DNA of 35,916 nt from a virus. Taxonomy: Duplodnaviria; Caudoviricetes. Both the position numbers and the translations under genes were made by a program. Positions 1-8,451 of this stretch are shown piece after piece. The stretch lies in IMG/VR virus record IMGVR_UViG_3300037697_000081, positions 1-35,916 of that record. One strand, written 5' to 3'. The notes beneath the pieces are model-generated. The model was given only the letters and a program-made list of their open reading frames with translations. It searched no databases and had not been told where the DNA came from. Each line of letters opens with the position of its first letter. Position 1 is the first letter of the stretch.

Positions 1-2
1 TC

Positions 3-236
3 AACGTGCCTGCTCCGGCCGGCGCGAAGACGCAGAAGCCTGCTCCTGGAGCCACGCCGTCTCCTGCCGGCAAGCCCGCCCCGAAGAAGCCCGGGGAGGA
101 GAAGAAGGACCAGCAGCCTGGCGGCGGTTCTCCTGCCAAGCCGGCCAAGCCCGCAACGCCGGCTCCTGCAACCACGCCGGCGCCGGATACTTCGCCTGCG
201 CCGCCGATCTCGCCGGCAGGACCGGAGGCCCAGTAA
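3..236 (+). CDS. 3' end of an upstream gene; Pro/Ala/Lys-rich low-complexity C-terminus (partial)
   Basis: Frame is open from the window edge to TAA at 234-236, followed immediately by the next ATG. Identity cannot be determined from this fragment. Confidence 0.75.
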   Translation, partial: NVPAPAGAKTQKPAPGATPSPAGKPAPKKPGEEKKDQQPGGGSPAKPAKPATPAPATTPAPDTSPAPPISPAGPEAQ

Positions 237-701
237 ATGGAGCTCAACCCGAACGTCGAAGCAGCTATCTCCTACGCGGCCGCAGACGTCGCCCGTGCGT
301 ACAGCGACGCCTACGGACGGACCGCCGACTATGCTTCCATCCGCCGCGCTCTGGTCGGATTCATGAGCATGGCGATCGTGAAGTCGGAGCTCGGTAAGGA
401 CGACTGGATGGCCAAGACCGCAAAGGCGGAGCCGTGGTGTGTCAAGGCTGATGATCCGGGGGCTGCCGTTGACTCTGAGGTTCTGGCGCGATCCGTCAGC
501 CGCTGGTGGGATTCTCTGGATCCCGCTGGGCAGATGAGTGCTGTCGAATTGGCCGGCTACAACAAGTCCCAGTTCATCCGCAACATCGTCCAGAAGTACC
601 AGGGCAAGCCGGAGACAACGCTCATCACGGAGATCCCCGACCTGGCTGCCACCTACCGTGAGGAGCTCGGTGCGCCGATGAGGGAGACTCCAAAGCCGTG
701 A
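237..701 (+). CDS. hypothetical protein (154 aa)
   Basis: ATG directly after the upstream TAA, GGAGG upstream, typical codon bias, GTGA overlap with the next gene. Confidence 0.8.
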   Translation: MELNPNVEAAISYAAADVARAYSDAYGRTADYASIRRALVGFMSMAIVKSELGKDDWMAKTAKAEPWCVKADDPGAAVDSEVLARSVSRWWDSLDPAGQMSAVELAGYNKSQFIRNIVQKYQGKPETTLITEIPDLAATYREELGAPMRETPKP

Positions 702-1057
702 GCGAGCCGATCCCGGAGCCGACTGGCACCGAGTACTACACCGGGAAGCCGCGGAAGATGGAGCACGACCGCCATGATCCGCGCTGGTGGGACGAAGACG
801 ATCAACTCGCGCCTGACGAAACGCCGGAGAGTAAGCCTGCGTTCAACGGAGAGGCGCACCAAGTAGGGAGTCGTGTGCGCTGCTCTGATCCGATTATGGA
901 TAGCGCGTTTGGTCCCGGGACCGTGATGTGGAATTGCCCTGGGGAGGACTCATACGACGTCCTCTTTGACACCGGAAGTGGCGGGATGTTCCACGGTCGT
1001 ATGCTCGTCCAGTCTGAGAAAACTGTGAGGTGGTTCTATGGATCGATCCCGAAGTAG
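698..1057 (+). CDS. hypothetical protein with possible SH3/KOW-like barrel
   Basis: GTGA coupling. The segment VGSRVRC..FGPGTV..YDVLFDTG has the pattern of small SH3-like barrels. Confidence 0.7.
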   Translation: MSEPIPEPTGTEYYTGKPRKMEHDRHDPRWWDEDDQLAPDETPESKPAFNGEAHQVGSRVRCSDPIMDSAFGPGTVMWNCPGEDSYDVLFDTGSGGMFHGRMLVQSEKTVRWFYGSIPK

Positions 1058-1340
1058 CAAATTTTCAGCATTTCACAGGGGAGCACTAGAAAGCGGCAGC
1101 TTGGCTGAGGTTGCTTACTTCATTAAGAAGGCCCAGCAGCAGCTTGAGAACGCTCGATACGCGATGGAGAACGCGGACTTCTCTTTTTCCCAGGAGATGC
1201 TTAATCCCGTGGATAACAAAATCGAAGAGATCGGCAGGCTCATCGTCGAGACGCGCCGTGCGGTAGAAGTTGCGGCCGCGCGCATGGTCGACGAATCAAA
1301 CGCTCACGAAGATCGTCTCCGCGAAAAGGACATCAAGTAA
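1038..1340 (+). CDS. hypothetical helical/coiled-coil protein; start uncertain (ATG 1038 or TTG 1101)
   Basis: GAGGTGG precedes ATG 1038; fills the gap up to the next gene. Confidence 0.65.
   Translation: MDRSRSSKFSAFHRGALESGSLAEVAYFIKKAQQQLENARYAMENADFSFSQEMLNPVDNKIEEIGRLIVETRRAVEVAAARMVDESNAHEDRLREKDIK
1055..1072 (+). promoter_or_regulatory. 18-bp conserved motif copy (TAGCAAA-TTTTCAGC-ATT)
   Basis: Matches the other copies; followed by AGGGGAG but no canonical start at the usual spacing. Confidence 0.5.
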
Positions 1341-1342
1341 AA

Positions 1343-1531
1343 ATGGCTTTCCTCAAGCACGGCTCACCTGAAAAAATCGAAGTCATCAAGACCGCGGACA
1401 CGGTGGATACCATCGTGTGCCGGGCTTGTGGCAACGTTTTGATCCGTGCTAACAACGGCGCGAAGCTGACCTTCGCCGGTCCCGGCGCCTACATCACATG
1501 CAAGTGCGGTGAGGTGACTCATGGCCTTTAA
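1343..1531 (+). CDS. small zinc-ribbon protein
   Basis: CRAC ... CKC in 62 aa; AAGGA upstream; overlaps the protease start. Confidence 0.7.
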   Translation: MAFLKHGSPEKIEVIKTADTVDTIVCRACGNVLIRANNGAKLTFAGPGAYITCKCGEVTHGL

Positions 1532-3899
1532 GCGCTATGCGATGAGCGTCATCAGCCTCATCGACACGAAGGGCCAGAAGCGCGTGGCCTTCGAGGACGC
1601 GACCGACAAGCGGGTTGTTTCGTTCGAGTACGATCCTGAGAACTACGTGTACTTCCGCTGCCGCGCCATCAGCGCTGATGTGCCGAACGGCAACGGCGAC
1701 TTCTTCCCCACCGACGAGCTCAAGAAGGCCTACAAGTCCTTCATCGGCGTCGGGATGTACAAGGACCACGACTCCGATAGCGTCGACAAGAGCGTCGGCA
1801 AGGTTCTTTGGGCGGAGTGGGTCGACGAGGGCAAGTACGTCGAGTGCTACTGCTGCGTTGATCGCAAGCTCGACCCCGGTATGGCTCGTCGCATCGAGAT
1901 GGGTCAGGCCAACACGGTCAGCATGGGCTGCATGGTCGGTGAGGCCGAGTGCAGCGTTCCTGGATGCGGCAACATCGCGCACAACCAGCTCGAGCTGTGC
2001 GAGCACATGATCCCGGGCCGCGGCATCAAGGGAAAAAAGGGCGCGGATGGAAAGATCGCGCACGAGATCAACCGGATGCTGCAGTTCACGGAACTGTCTC
2101 TCGTCACCGTGCCGGCAGATCCGACCGCTCATATTTTTGAAGTATTCGCTGGGCTTCACAACGGCACCGCAACCGTCGAACAATTCCGCGCGGCGCTTCG
2201 CGAAGAGCTCGCCGCGGCCGCAGAAAAGTTCGCACCCACCTACGTCGTCTCTCCTTCGAACACGACAGCAAATTCGAATTCCTCGTCGACGATTTCCATC
2301 ACTCCGAGCATCAACATGGTGCCGGCCGTGACGGTTCCCAGCACTGCTTCCGCCGAGAAAGAGGTCGGAGCAGTAGCAAATATTCCTGATTCTACGGAGG
2401 AGCAGATGAAACTTGCCATCAGCTACGCGCCCGGAAAGAGCCTCGCCGATTCCTTTTTCGTTGCAAAGGAGAACGGCGCGGAGTTCCGCGTCGCAGCCGC
2501 GGACGTCCTTCCTCACATTGTGCAGGAAGCGATCCGCACCAATCAGCCGGGCGTCGCGAAGCCCACGCAGATCGTCGCTGATCTGGCGGAGAAGTGCCCC
2601 TCCCTCGCCGACTTCAAGAAGTGGGCGAAGAAGCGCAAGAAGAAGAACCGCAAGGCTCTCCCCCCCTTCATGGAAAAGAAAGATGACGGCGCAGAGGACA
2701 AGAAGGAAGAGGCTTCGGCTGCTGCACCCGCCGAGGCTCCTGCCGCTCCGATGGCTGCTGGTCCCGCCGATATCGGCAACAGCGTCATGGATCCCGCTCC
2801 CGACGCCGGCTCTGCTGTTCCTGAGGTTCCTTCCGCTGAGGACAACCAGGTGAGCGACGCCCCTGGCCTCGAGGATCTCACTCGCGACGAGATCCAGCAG
2901 ACGATCGAGTTCCTCTCCCGCAAGCTGGAGACCCTGCAGACCAGCCTGAAGGGATCCCCCAAGAAGGCCGTCAACACCCAGAAGGATCTCAAGGTCAACA
3001 AGGAGATGGGTGAGTCGGTCAACGAGCACGGTTCCTACAGCCCCGCCAAGGAGCCTGCCGCCACCTCTGAGGTCATCAGCGCCTCTGAGCCGTCTGAGCA
3101 CCGCGCTCCGGGCAAGTCCGACGGGAAGGCTTCGCCTGCTCCGTCGCCCATGAAGCCGGGCTCGATGAAGTCTGAAGAGCCGAAGGGCTACCGCACCGAA
3201 GGCCCGAAGTCCAACGATCTCGGCGGATACGCGCCGGCGAAGATCAAGGCCGGCCAGGAGAAGACGATGCAGAAGACCGCCGCCGAGGCCAAGGAACCCC
3301 TCTGGAGCATGAACTCCAAGGAGCTCGAGGCCAAGCCGAAGATGTCCAAGCCGGCTCAGGCCGCTCCGCCGGCCGACGACGTTTCCTGGGATTCCAAGGA
3401 GATGGCGTCTGAGCAGGTCAAGCACGAGTCGGGCTCCCACTCCAGCAAGGTCAAGCAGTTCTTCGGTCGCTTGCCCTCGAAGAGCACCACTGAGCCGCCC
3501 CGCGCCCTGGACCTCAAGAGCAACAAGGACCCGGAGAAGGAGGCCCTCAAGAAGCGCGCCGAGGAGGCCGAAGCTGAGTCCAAGCGCCTGAAGGAGAAGG
3601 AGAACCTCCAGCATGTCGCGGACAAGATCTACGAGATCGTCAAGGCTCTCCGCGAGAAGAACGTTCTGACGGCCGACAAGGAAGACGAGGTCGTGAAGCT
3701 ACTCGCCACCTCCTTCAAGGAGCTCGCTCATCTGGACACCGTACTCGGCCTGGCGCAGCGGCTTGCTGCCACGGAGCCGTCGCAGGAAACGCCTGAGGCC
3801 GGCGCCCCTGAGGTTGGGAGCGTCGTTCCGCAGGTCTTCGAGACTGTCAACCAGTCCGAAGACGCCATCAGCACGATGGCGCGAATCTGGAATCTTTAA
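1521..3899 (+). CDS. prohead maturation protease fused to scaffolding region
   Basis: N-terminal NGNGDFF, DHD, VGKV, VSMG and FTELSLVTVPADP motifs of HK97-type (clan SH) prohead proteases, with a Cys/His insert. Long charged low-complexity C-terminus ending in a coiled coil. Two genes upstream of the major capsid gene. Confidence 0.85.
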   Translation: MAFKRYAMSVISLIDTKGQKRVAFEDATDKRVVSFEYDPENYVYFRCRAISADVPNGNGDFFPTDELKKAYKSFIGVGMYKDHDSDSVDKSVGKVLWAEWVDEGKYVECYCCVDRKLDPGMARRIEMGQANTVSMGCMVGEAECSVPGCGNIAHNQLELCEHMIPGRGIKGKKGADGKIAHEINRMLQFTELSLVTVPADPTAHIFEVFAGLHNGTATVEQFRAALREELAAAAEKFAPTYVVSPSNTTANSNSSSTISITPSINMVPAVTVPSTASAEKEVGAVANIPDSTEEQMKLAISYAPGKSLADSFFVAKENGAEFRVAAADVLPHIVQEAIRTNQPGVAKPTQIVADLAEKCPSLADFKKWAKKRKKKNRKALPPFMEKKDDGAEDKKEEASAAAPAEAPAAPMAAGPADIGNSVMDPAPDAGSAVPEVPSAEDNQVSDAPGLEDLTRDEIQQTIEFLSRKLETLQTSLKGSPKKAVNTQKDLKVNKEMGESVNEHGSYSPAKEPAATSEVISASEPSEHRAPGKSDGKASPAPSPMKPGSMKSEEPKGYRTEGPKSNDLGGYAPAKIKAGQEKTMQKTAAEAKEPLWSMNSKELEAKPKMSKPAQAAPPADDVSWDSKEMASEQVKHESGSHSSKVKQFFGRLPSKSTTEPPRALDLKSNKDPEKEALKKRAEEAEAESKRLKEKENLQHVADKIYEIVKALREKNVLTADKEDEVVKLLATSFKELAHLDTVLGLAQRLAATEPSQETPEAGAPEVGSVVPQVFETVNQSEDAISTMARIWNL
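2374..2391 (+). promoter_or_regulatory. 18-bp conserved motif copy (TAGCAAA-TATTCCTG-ATT), intragenic
   Basis: 14 nt upstream of in-frame ATG 2406, with GGAGG in between. Confidence 0.6.
2406..3899 (+). CDS. putative nested in-frame scaffolding protein (497 aa)
   Basis: GGAGG at 2396-2400, in-frame ATG at 2406 just after a Ser/Thr linker, preceded by the conserved 18-bp motif at 2374-2391. Confidence 0.6.
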   Translation: MKLAISYAPGKSLADSFFVAKENGAEFRVAAADVLPHIVQEAIRTNQPGVAKPTQIVADLAEKCPSLADFKKWAKKRKKKNRKALPPFMEKKDDGAEDKKEEASAAAPAEAPAAPMAAGPADIGNSVMDPAPDAGSAVPEVPSAEDNQVSDAPGLEDLTRDEIQQTIEFLSRKLETLQTSLKGSPKKAVNTQKDLKVNKEMGESVNEHGSYSPAKEPAATSEVISASEPSEHRAPGKSDGKASPAPSPMKPGSMKSEEPKGYRTEGPKSNDLGGYAPAKIKAGQEKTMQKTAAEAKEPLWSMNSKELEAKPKMSKPAQAAPPADDVSWDSKEMASEQVKHESGSHSSKVKQFFGRLPSKSTTEPPRALDLKSNKDPEKEALKKRAEEAEAESKRLKEKENLQHVADKIYEIVKALREKNVLTADKEDEVVKLLATSFKELAHLDTVLGLAQRLAATEPSQETPEAGAPEVGSVVPQVFETVNQSEDAISTMARIWNL

Positions 3900-3921
3900 G
3901 CCCACAACGGGAGGATAGTCA

Positions 3922-4440
3922 ATGGCCATCGAATCTGCTTCGTTCATCACCCTCGAGGACGGCACCCGCAAGAAGAAGTCGGGTACGCTCATCACTGAGG
4001 GCCAGGCCGTCAAGATCGACGCGAACGGCGAGCTCGCTCCGGCGACCGCTGCTGCCAAGGTCTACGGTATCGCCAAGACCGACTCGAACGCGTTCCGCGA
4101 CTTTGCGGTAGGCGAGTTCGGCGCGTTCGGCACGGGTCAGCTCACGGTCGTGGTGAAGGGCATTCTGCTTCTCTCGCAGAGCGTCTACAACCAGGTCGAA
4201 GTTGACCAGAACACCACGACTTCCGCTGCGCCGACGACCATCAAGGTCTTCGACGACGCTCAGGTCTACACCCCCGGTGAGGCGCTGTACGTCGACGCCG
4301 GCGGTCTCATCACGAACCAGACGGGCGGCGGCAAGGCCTCCCTTCTCGGTAAGTGCCTGCGCACCCCGCTCCAGACCGGCGGGATGCTCGAGATCGAAGT
4401 CGATGCCCCGGCAGCGTCTGCCGCGGCTGAGCTCGCTTAA
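3922..4440 (+). CDS. capsid decoration/cement-like protein
   Basis: Lies between scaffold and major capsid; GGGAGG SD; strongly biased codons; EGQAVKIDANGEL..VYGIA and PGEALYVDAGGLIT..LGK patterns resemble capsid cement proteins. Confidence 0.7.
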   Translation: MAIESASFITLEDGTRKKKSGTLITEGQAVKIDANGELAPATAAAKVYGIAKTDSNAFRDFAVGEFGAFGTGQLTVVVKGILLLSQSVYNQVEVDQNTTTSAAPTTIKVFDDAQVYTPGEALYVDAGGLITNQTGGGKASLLGKCLRTPLQTGGMLEIEVDAPAASAAAELA

Positions 4441-4473
4441 TAGCGGCTCGAACTGAAAAGGAGGATTTGCCAA

Positions 4474-5454
4474 ATGCAGCTTAACAACAGGCAGAAGGAC
4501 CAGCTGATCGAAAACATCCTCAAGCTGGTCTCGAAGAACGGCGGCGGCGCGATGGGCGCCGGCGCTCTCAAGCGGACCGCGTCCGCTGTCGAAGTGGGCA
4601 CCGTCGACCCGAAGGCCAAGGAGGATCTCTTCAACTTCCTCTTCACCGGCCCGAACGGTCTCAAGCGCGTGGCCTACGCCATGCAGGCTCCCCTCAAGGA
4701 ACTGCTGGACTATCACGGTCTCGGCCGCCGCCTGCTGAAGGTGGATCCGATCCCGCAGGGAGAGTTCCCGATCTACGACAAGGACATCAAGGAGTTCGCC
4801 TCCGTCCGCGTCGCTGCTTGGGGCACTCCTCCGATGGTGGAGAGCCGCGTCAAGAGGATCCAGTTCCCGACGATGCAGCTCGCCCGCAACGCGCGCGTGG
4901 CGTACGAAGAGATCCAGGTTCGCCGCTACCCGATCTTCGACCGCGCGAAGGAGCGCGTCGCCATCTCCATGGCGATCGCTGAGGACCGCGAGGTCTTCAA
5001 CCTCCTCAACGTGGCGTCGGTCGTTGGACCGAACCCGGCCGTCAAGATGGCCGCGGGGCCGTTCCTGTCCCGCTCCGTCCTGGCCGAGGCCTACGGCGTT
5101 CTCGCCGGCAACCAGCTGCAGCCCGCGCAGGTCGTTCTGCATCCCTCGCGCTACGCTGACATGCTGAAGTACACCGCCGACGAGGTCGACCAGGTCACGC
5201 TGAACACCACGACCGAGACCGGTTCCATCGGCGTGTTCATGGGGCTCCAGCTGCTCGTCAGCACCAAGCTCCCCGACCCGAACGTCGCGTTCATGACGAC
5301 CACCCCCGACAAGCTCGGCCGCATTCCGCTGCGCAAGGAGCTCGAGGTCAAGGTGTTCGACAACGCCCCGAAGACCAGCTTCAACATCGTCGGCTGGGAG
5401 ATCATCGGCTTCGGTATCCACAACGCGTACGGCGCCGTCCGGCTCGAGCCTTAA
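4474..5454 (+). CDS. major capsid protein (HK97 fold)
   Basis: 326 aa; AAGGAGG SD; very biased codons; A-domain-like VVLHPSRYADM..IGVFMGLQLLVS; C-terminal GFGIHNAYGAVRL; synteny; 3' hairpin. Confidence 0.9.
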   Translation: MQLNNRQKDQLIENILKLVSKNGGGAMGAGALKRTASAVEVGTVDPKAKEDLFNFLFTGPNGLKRVAYAMQAPLKELLDYHGLGRRLLKVDPIPQGEFPIYDKDIKEFASVRVAAWGTPPMVESRVKRIQFPTMQLARNARVAYEEIQVRRYPIFDRAKERVAISMAIAEDREVFNLLNVASVVGPNPAVKMAAGPFLSRSVLAEAYGVLAGNQLQPAQVVLHPSRYADMLKYTADEVDQVTLNTTTETGSIGVFMGLQLLVSTKLPDPNVAFMTTTPDKLGRIPLRKELEVKVFDNAPKTSFNIVGWEIIGFGIHNAYGAVRLEP

Positions 5455-5475
5455 TCGATCCGCTTCAACTGGTCA

Positions 5476-5503
5476 CCCGGGGGGAGGGCAACCTCCCCCT
5501 GGG
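5476..5503 (+). terminator. GC-rich stem-loop (12 bp, GCAA tetraloop) after the major capsid gene
   Basis: CCCGGGGGGAGG-GCAA-CCTCCCCCTGGG; extendable by ACTGG/CCAGT (5468-5509). No U-tract, so it may be a stabiliser rather than an intrinsic terminator. Confidence 0.65.
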
Positions 5504-5538
5504 CCCAGTCTTGATCTGACGTAACCCTCGGAGGAACT

Positions 5539-6405
5539 ATGAAATTCAAGAACACCGTAAAAGCGTTCGTACCTGTCGGCTCCCGCGAGTCCATTCCCCC
5601 CTTCGGTCTGAGCCGAGACTTCACCGCCGACGAAGTCGCAAAGTCCGCGGAAATCCGCCACGCTCAGGAGAAAGGCTACCTCATTCCCTGGGACGGCAAA
5701 GCCCCTCTCCCTGCCGCTGAGCCGCCCAAGAAGGCCCTCTACTTCAACGAGGATCCGGGTGACGCCGGCGCGACCGTTCGCAAGAAGACCGCCACGGGCA
5801 AGATTGTCGAGTACATCTCGGCCACCGAGGTCGGCGTCGATGATGTGCAGACTCTCGACCAGGCCGATGGCGTCGTCGCTTCCATCGACGGCAAGCCCCC
5901 GCTCGAGTACATCGAGAAGGGCGTGGATGCCTCAAAGCCCGTCTGGAAGAATGCCTCTGACGCCTTCGAGGCTGAGCTCCAGAGCGATACCACCCAGAAC
6001 GTCGAGTTCGACGACGATGACACCATCACGGAGCAGGAAGACGACCGTGAGGAAGCCCTCGACGTCGACCACGCCATCGAGCAGGACGCCTCGCAGTTTG
6101 TTCGCTCGCAGGGCAAGATGGGTGCCGAGGTGACCACTGTCCGTGAGATGGTGACCACTGAGGTCGGTGCCGCCAACGCTGCGGTCGCTCAGGCCACTGC
6201 CCCGGATCTGGACAACGGCGAGGCGGTCGACGGTGCCCGGCAGGAAGTCGCTGAGCTCCTGCAGCAGCCCTTTTCCGCCAAGAAGTGGATGATCTCGAAG
6301 ACGTCCGACAGCGGCCTCCTCCAGGAGATCGCTTCCACGACCAAGTCCCAGAACGTCAAGAGCCTCGCCCAGCAGCGCTTGTCGGAGATCGACAAGGCCG
6401 CATAG
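5539..6405 (+). CDS. acidic hypothetical protein, probably head-associated
   Basis: GGAGG SD, biased codons, directly after the capsid gene, short helical C-terminal domain. Confidence 0.8.
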   Translation: MKFKNTVKAFVPVGSRESIPPFGLSRDFTADEVAKSAEIRHAQEKGYLIPWDGKAPLPAAEPPKKALYFNEDPGDAGATVRKKTATGKIVEYISATEVGVDDVQTLDQADGVVASIDGKPPLEYIEKGVDASKPVWKNASDAFEAELQSDTTQNVEFDDDDTITEQEDDREEALDVDHAIEQDASQFVRSQGKMGAEVTTVREMVTTEVGAANAAVAQATAPDLDNGEAVDGARQEVAELLQQPFSAKKWMISKTSDSGLLQEIASTTKSQNVKSLAQQRLSEIDKAA

Positions 6406-6409
6406 GTCC

Positions 6410-6871
6410 ATGAACCTCAACTTCAGAGTCTTTCGCCGGAACGGAAAGAACCTGATTCTCCTCTGGTCTCAGTCTCAGCTCACCGACGAGCAGCGCGAAG
6501 AGATTTCAGCGCACGTCGTGGATCCTGATGGCATGGGCGAAGGGCGGGAGCTCAAGTTCTCGAAGTTCGTCCCCGACAACCCGGAGAAGTTTGCTCCGGA
6601 TGTCGGTGGGATCGTCATTGCCCATTCGGTCAACGGCTTGAACCCGTCAGAGTCGTGCACGGTTCGCGTCGTGATCGGCATGGGTGAGGACTCCATTGAG
6701 ATGATCAAGGACGTGCTGCCCTACAAGCCGATCGGGGAGATCCCCAGCCGGCAGGAGCCGCACCGCAAGGTCTACCTGTACGCCATGGACTATGAGACCA
6801 AGGCCTGGGTCCCGTGGCCTTCTGATGGCGTCATCCCTGACAACATCACGATCACCGTCAAGGAGTTGTAA
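6410..6871 (+). CDS. hypothetical protein (153 aa)
   Basis: Tight spacing, TAATG coupling to the next gene. Confidence 0.8.
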   Translation: MNLNFRVFRRNGKNLILLWSQSQLTDEQREEISAHVVDPDGMGEGRELKFSKFVPDNPEKFAPDVGGIVIAHSVNGLNPSESCTVRVVIGMGEDSIEMIKDVLPYKPIGEIPSRQEPHRKVYLYAMDYETKAWVPWPSDGVIPDNITITVKEL

Positions 6872-7641
6872 TGGGCGTCACCCCTGGCCAGCTGGGAACC
6901 GGCACTAGCATCGGCTGGACCATCCCTAAGGAGATCGCCTCGAGGACGGACCTTGACCAGATCAAAATCTGGCGGTCTTCGGCCCAGGACTCCAACTACT
7001 CGGTCATCGACACGATCCCGGCCGGCGCCGCCGCGGGATCATTGGCCACCTCGTACCTAGACTCTGGTGACGGTAACTCCAGGGGCCAGTTCTTCCTCGT
7101 CACCTTCGTAGCCACGGCCGCCGGCTTCGAGAGCCCATTCCACATCACCTTCTTCCCGCCTCTGCCCAGCGAAGCCAAGCTGATCGAGCAGGTCAAGCGG
7201 GCCATGCCTCCGATTATCCAGGGCATGATGACGGACGAAGACTATCTGAATGGTTTGAACATGGCGTTGCAGATCTTCAACGCCTACCCGCCGGAAACCT
7301 ACTTCACACTCGCTACGTTCCCTCCCTCGCACCAGTTCTTCCTCATCGGACTGGCGCAGATGCTCGCCTTGGCGAGCCGCTTCATCACGCTTTCCATCCG
7401 CGACTTCCGCTACTCCGAACCTGGCGGCGTCGTCATGGACATTGACCGCGGCTCCAAGATCAAGGATGCGATCGACATCATCACGAAGGTCTACACCCAG
7501 TACCTCCCTCTTGTCAAGCTGGACTTCGGCGTTGACAGCCCGATGGGCCTAGGCTCTGTGCCTCTGCCCCTTTCCATGGGCGGCATCGTCAACCGCGGAA
7601 TTCTCAACGTGCTCGACATCTTTACCGCCGTCGGCAGATAG
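6871..7641 (+). CDS. putative head-tail adaptor/neck protein with N-terminal FN3-like domain
   Basis: N-terminal IGW..IKIWRS..YSVID..SYLD..FFLVT pattern is FN3-like. The C-terminal half is helical with a beta hairpin (DFRYSEPGGVVMDIDR) as in head-completion proteins. Position supports this. Confidence 0.6.
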   Translation: MGVTPGQLGTGTSIGWTIPKEIASRTDLDQIKIWRSSAQDSNYSVIDTIPAGAAAGSLATSYLDSGDGNSRGQFFLVTFVATAAGFESPFHITFFPPLPSEAKLIEQVKRAMPPIIQGMMTDEDYLNGLNMALQIFNAYPPETYFTLATFPPSHQFFLIGLAQMLALASRFITLSIRDFRYSEPGGVVMDIDRGSKIKDAIDIITKVYTQYLPLVKLDFGVDSPMGLGSVPLPLSMGGIVNRGILNVLDIFTAVGR

Positions 7642-7653
7642 CCGGCGTTTTCG

Positions 7654-7671
7654 TGGAAAGAATGCAGTATT
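7654..7671 (+). promoter_or_regulatory. 18-bp conserved motif copy (TGGAAAG-AATGCAGT-ATT)
   Basis: Intergenic, 10 nt before ATG 7682. Confidence 0.55.
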
Positions 7672-7681
7672 TCGGGGGAGC

Positions 7682-7960
7682 ATGGGGATACTTCGTCTAG
7701 TCCGAAAGTTCCGCATTTTCTTTGCCGTCTTGTTTGCCATCGAGTACCTCCTTGGCAATCAGTTCGGCCAGAACGTGTGCCTGCTCGCCTACATGGTCAC
7801 TTTGTACGTAGGCCACGACATCATGGAACGAACCTTCGTAGCCGCCTTGGAAGAGGGGGAATTGGAATATGCGAATAGAACACGTGAAGCAGTGGGCAGG
7901 CCTGATGAGCCTCAAACTGGTGCTGGAAAAAAAGATGAGCCAGAAGGTGGCCCTCGCTAG
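7682..7960 (+). CDS. small membrane protein (about 2 TM helices)
   Basis: GGGGGAG SD; hydrophobic IFFAVLFAIEYLLG and VCLLAYMVTLYVG; basic N-terminus and acidic tail. Confidence 0.65.
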   Translation: MGILRLVRKFRIFFAVLFAIEYLLGNQFGQNVCLLAYMVTLYVGHDIMERTFVAALEEGELEYANRTREAVGRPDEPQTGAGKKDEPEGGPR

Positions 7961-7977
7961 GCTTCGAGAGGCATTCA

Positions 7978-8196
7978 ATGACAAAGAGAATCGTGTGGAT
8001 GCCGTTGCCGGCCGCGCCGGAAGAGTTCTTCGTCGAGCTCAAGTCTAAGAAGGACGAAGAGAGCTTCTTTGAGTGCTTGGCCGCGGCTCGCGAGAAGGGC
8101 TGGGTCGAAATCTTCGGCATGACGGAGCAGGACCCGAAAGACATCGTCGCTCAGCTGCAAGAGCACTTCAAAGTTCTGCACATCGAGGGGGACTGA
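7978..8196 (+). CDS. hypothetical protein (72 aa)
   Basis: GAGG SD, normal codon bias, tight spacing. Confidence 0.7.
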   Translation: MTKRIVWMPLPAAPEEFFVELKSKKDEESFFECLAAAREKGWVEIFGMTEQDPKDIVAQLQEHFKVLHIEGD

Positions 8197-8200
8197 CGCT

Positions 8201-8449
8201 ATGCCAGGTTTCGGATGGGGTGAAGCACTCTACGGTCTGCTTACCCTTCTCGTTTTGCTCATTGGCGCCTACGCCAAAGCCCTCGAGAAGAAAATCGAAG
8301 CTCTCGAGGTTTTTAAGGACAAAGTCCAAGATCATTGGGAGAAGGACGCAAAGAACTATCTCTCGAAGACGGAGTTCTCCGAGTTTGCCAAGGAGCTCAA
8401 GGACTCGCTGATCCGAATCGAGAACAAGATCGAGAAGCTCAGGGAGTGA
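8201..8449 (+). CDS. single-TM coiled-coil protein (holin-like architecture, function unproven)
   Basis: N-terminal TM ALYGLLTLLVLLIGAY, then coiled coil ending LIRIENKIEKL. Confidence 0.65.
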   Translation: MPGFGWGEALYGLLTLLVLLIGAYAKALEKKIEALEVFKDKVQDHWEKDAKNYLSKTEFSEFAKELKDSLIRIENKIEKLRE

Positions 8450-8451
8450 CG

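Noticed and set aside
2033-2039. A AAA AAG slippery heptamer in the protease gene
   Set aside because: A -1 shift stops at 2138-2140 and removes the ELSLV strand; no stimulatory element seen; probably incidental.
1494-5421. Long minus-strand ORFs (706 aa and 500 aa)
   Set aside because: They are in-register antisense shadows of strongly biased + genes, which rarely use TTA/CTA/TCA; the products are Leu/Gly/Arg-rich with no motifs.
7927-7933. A AAA AAA in the membrane protein gene
   Set aside because: The -1 frame hits TGA after one codon, so there is no extension.
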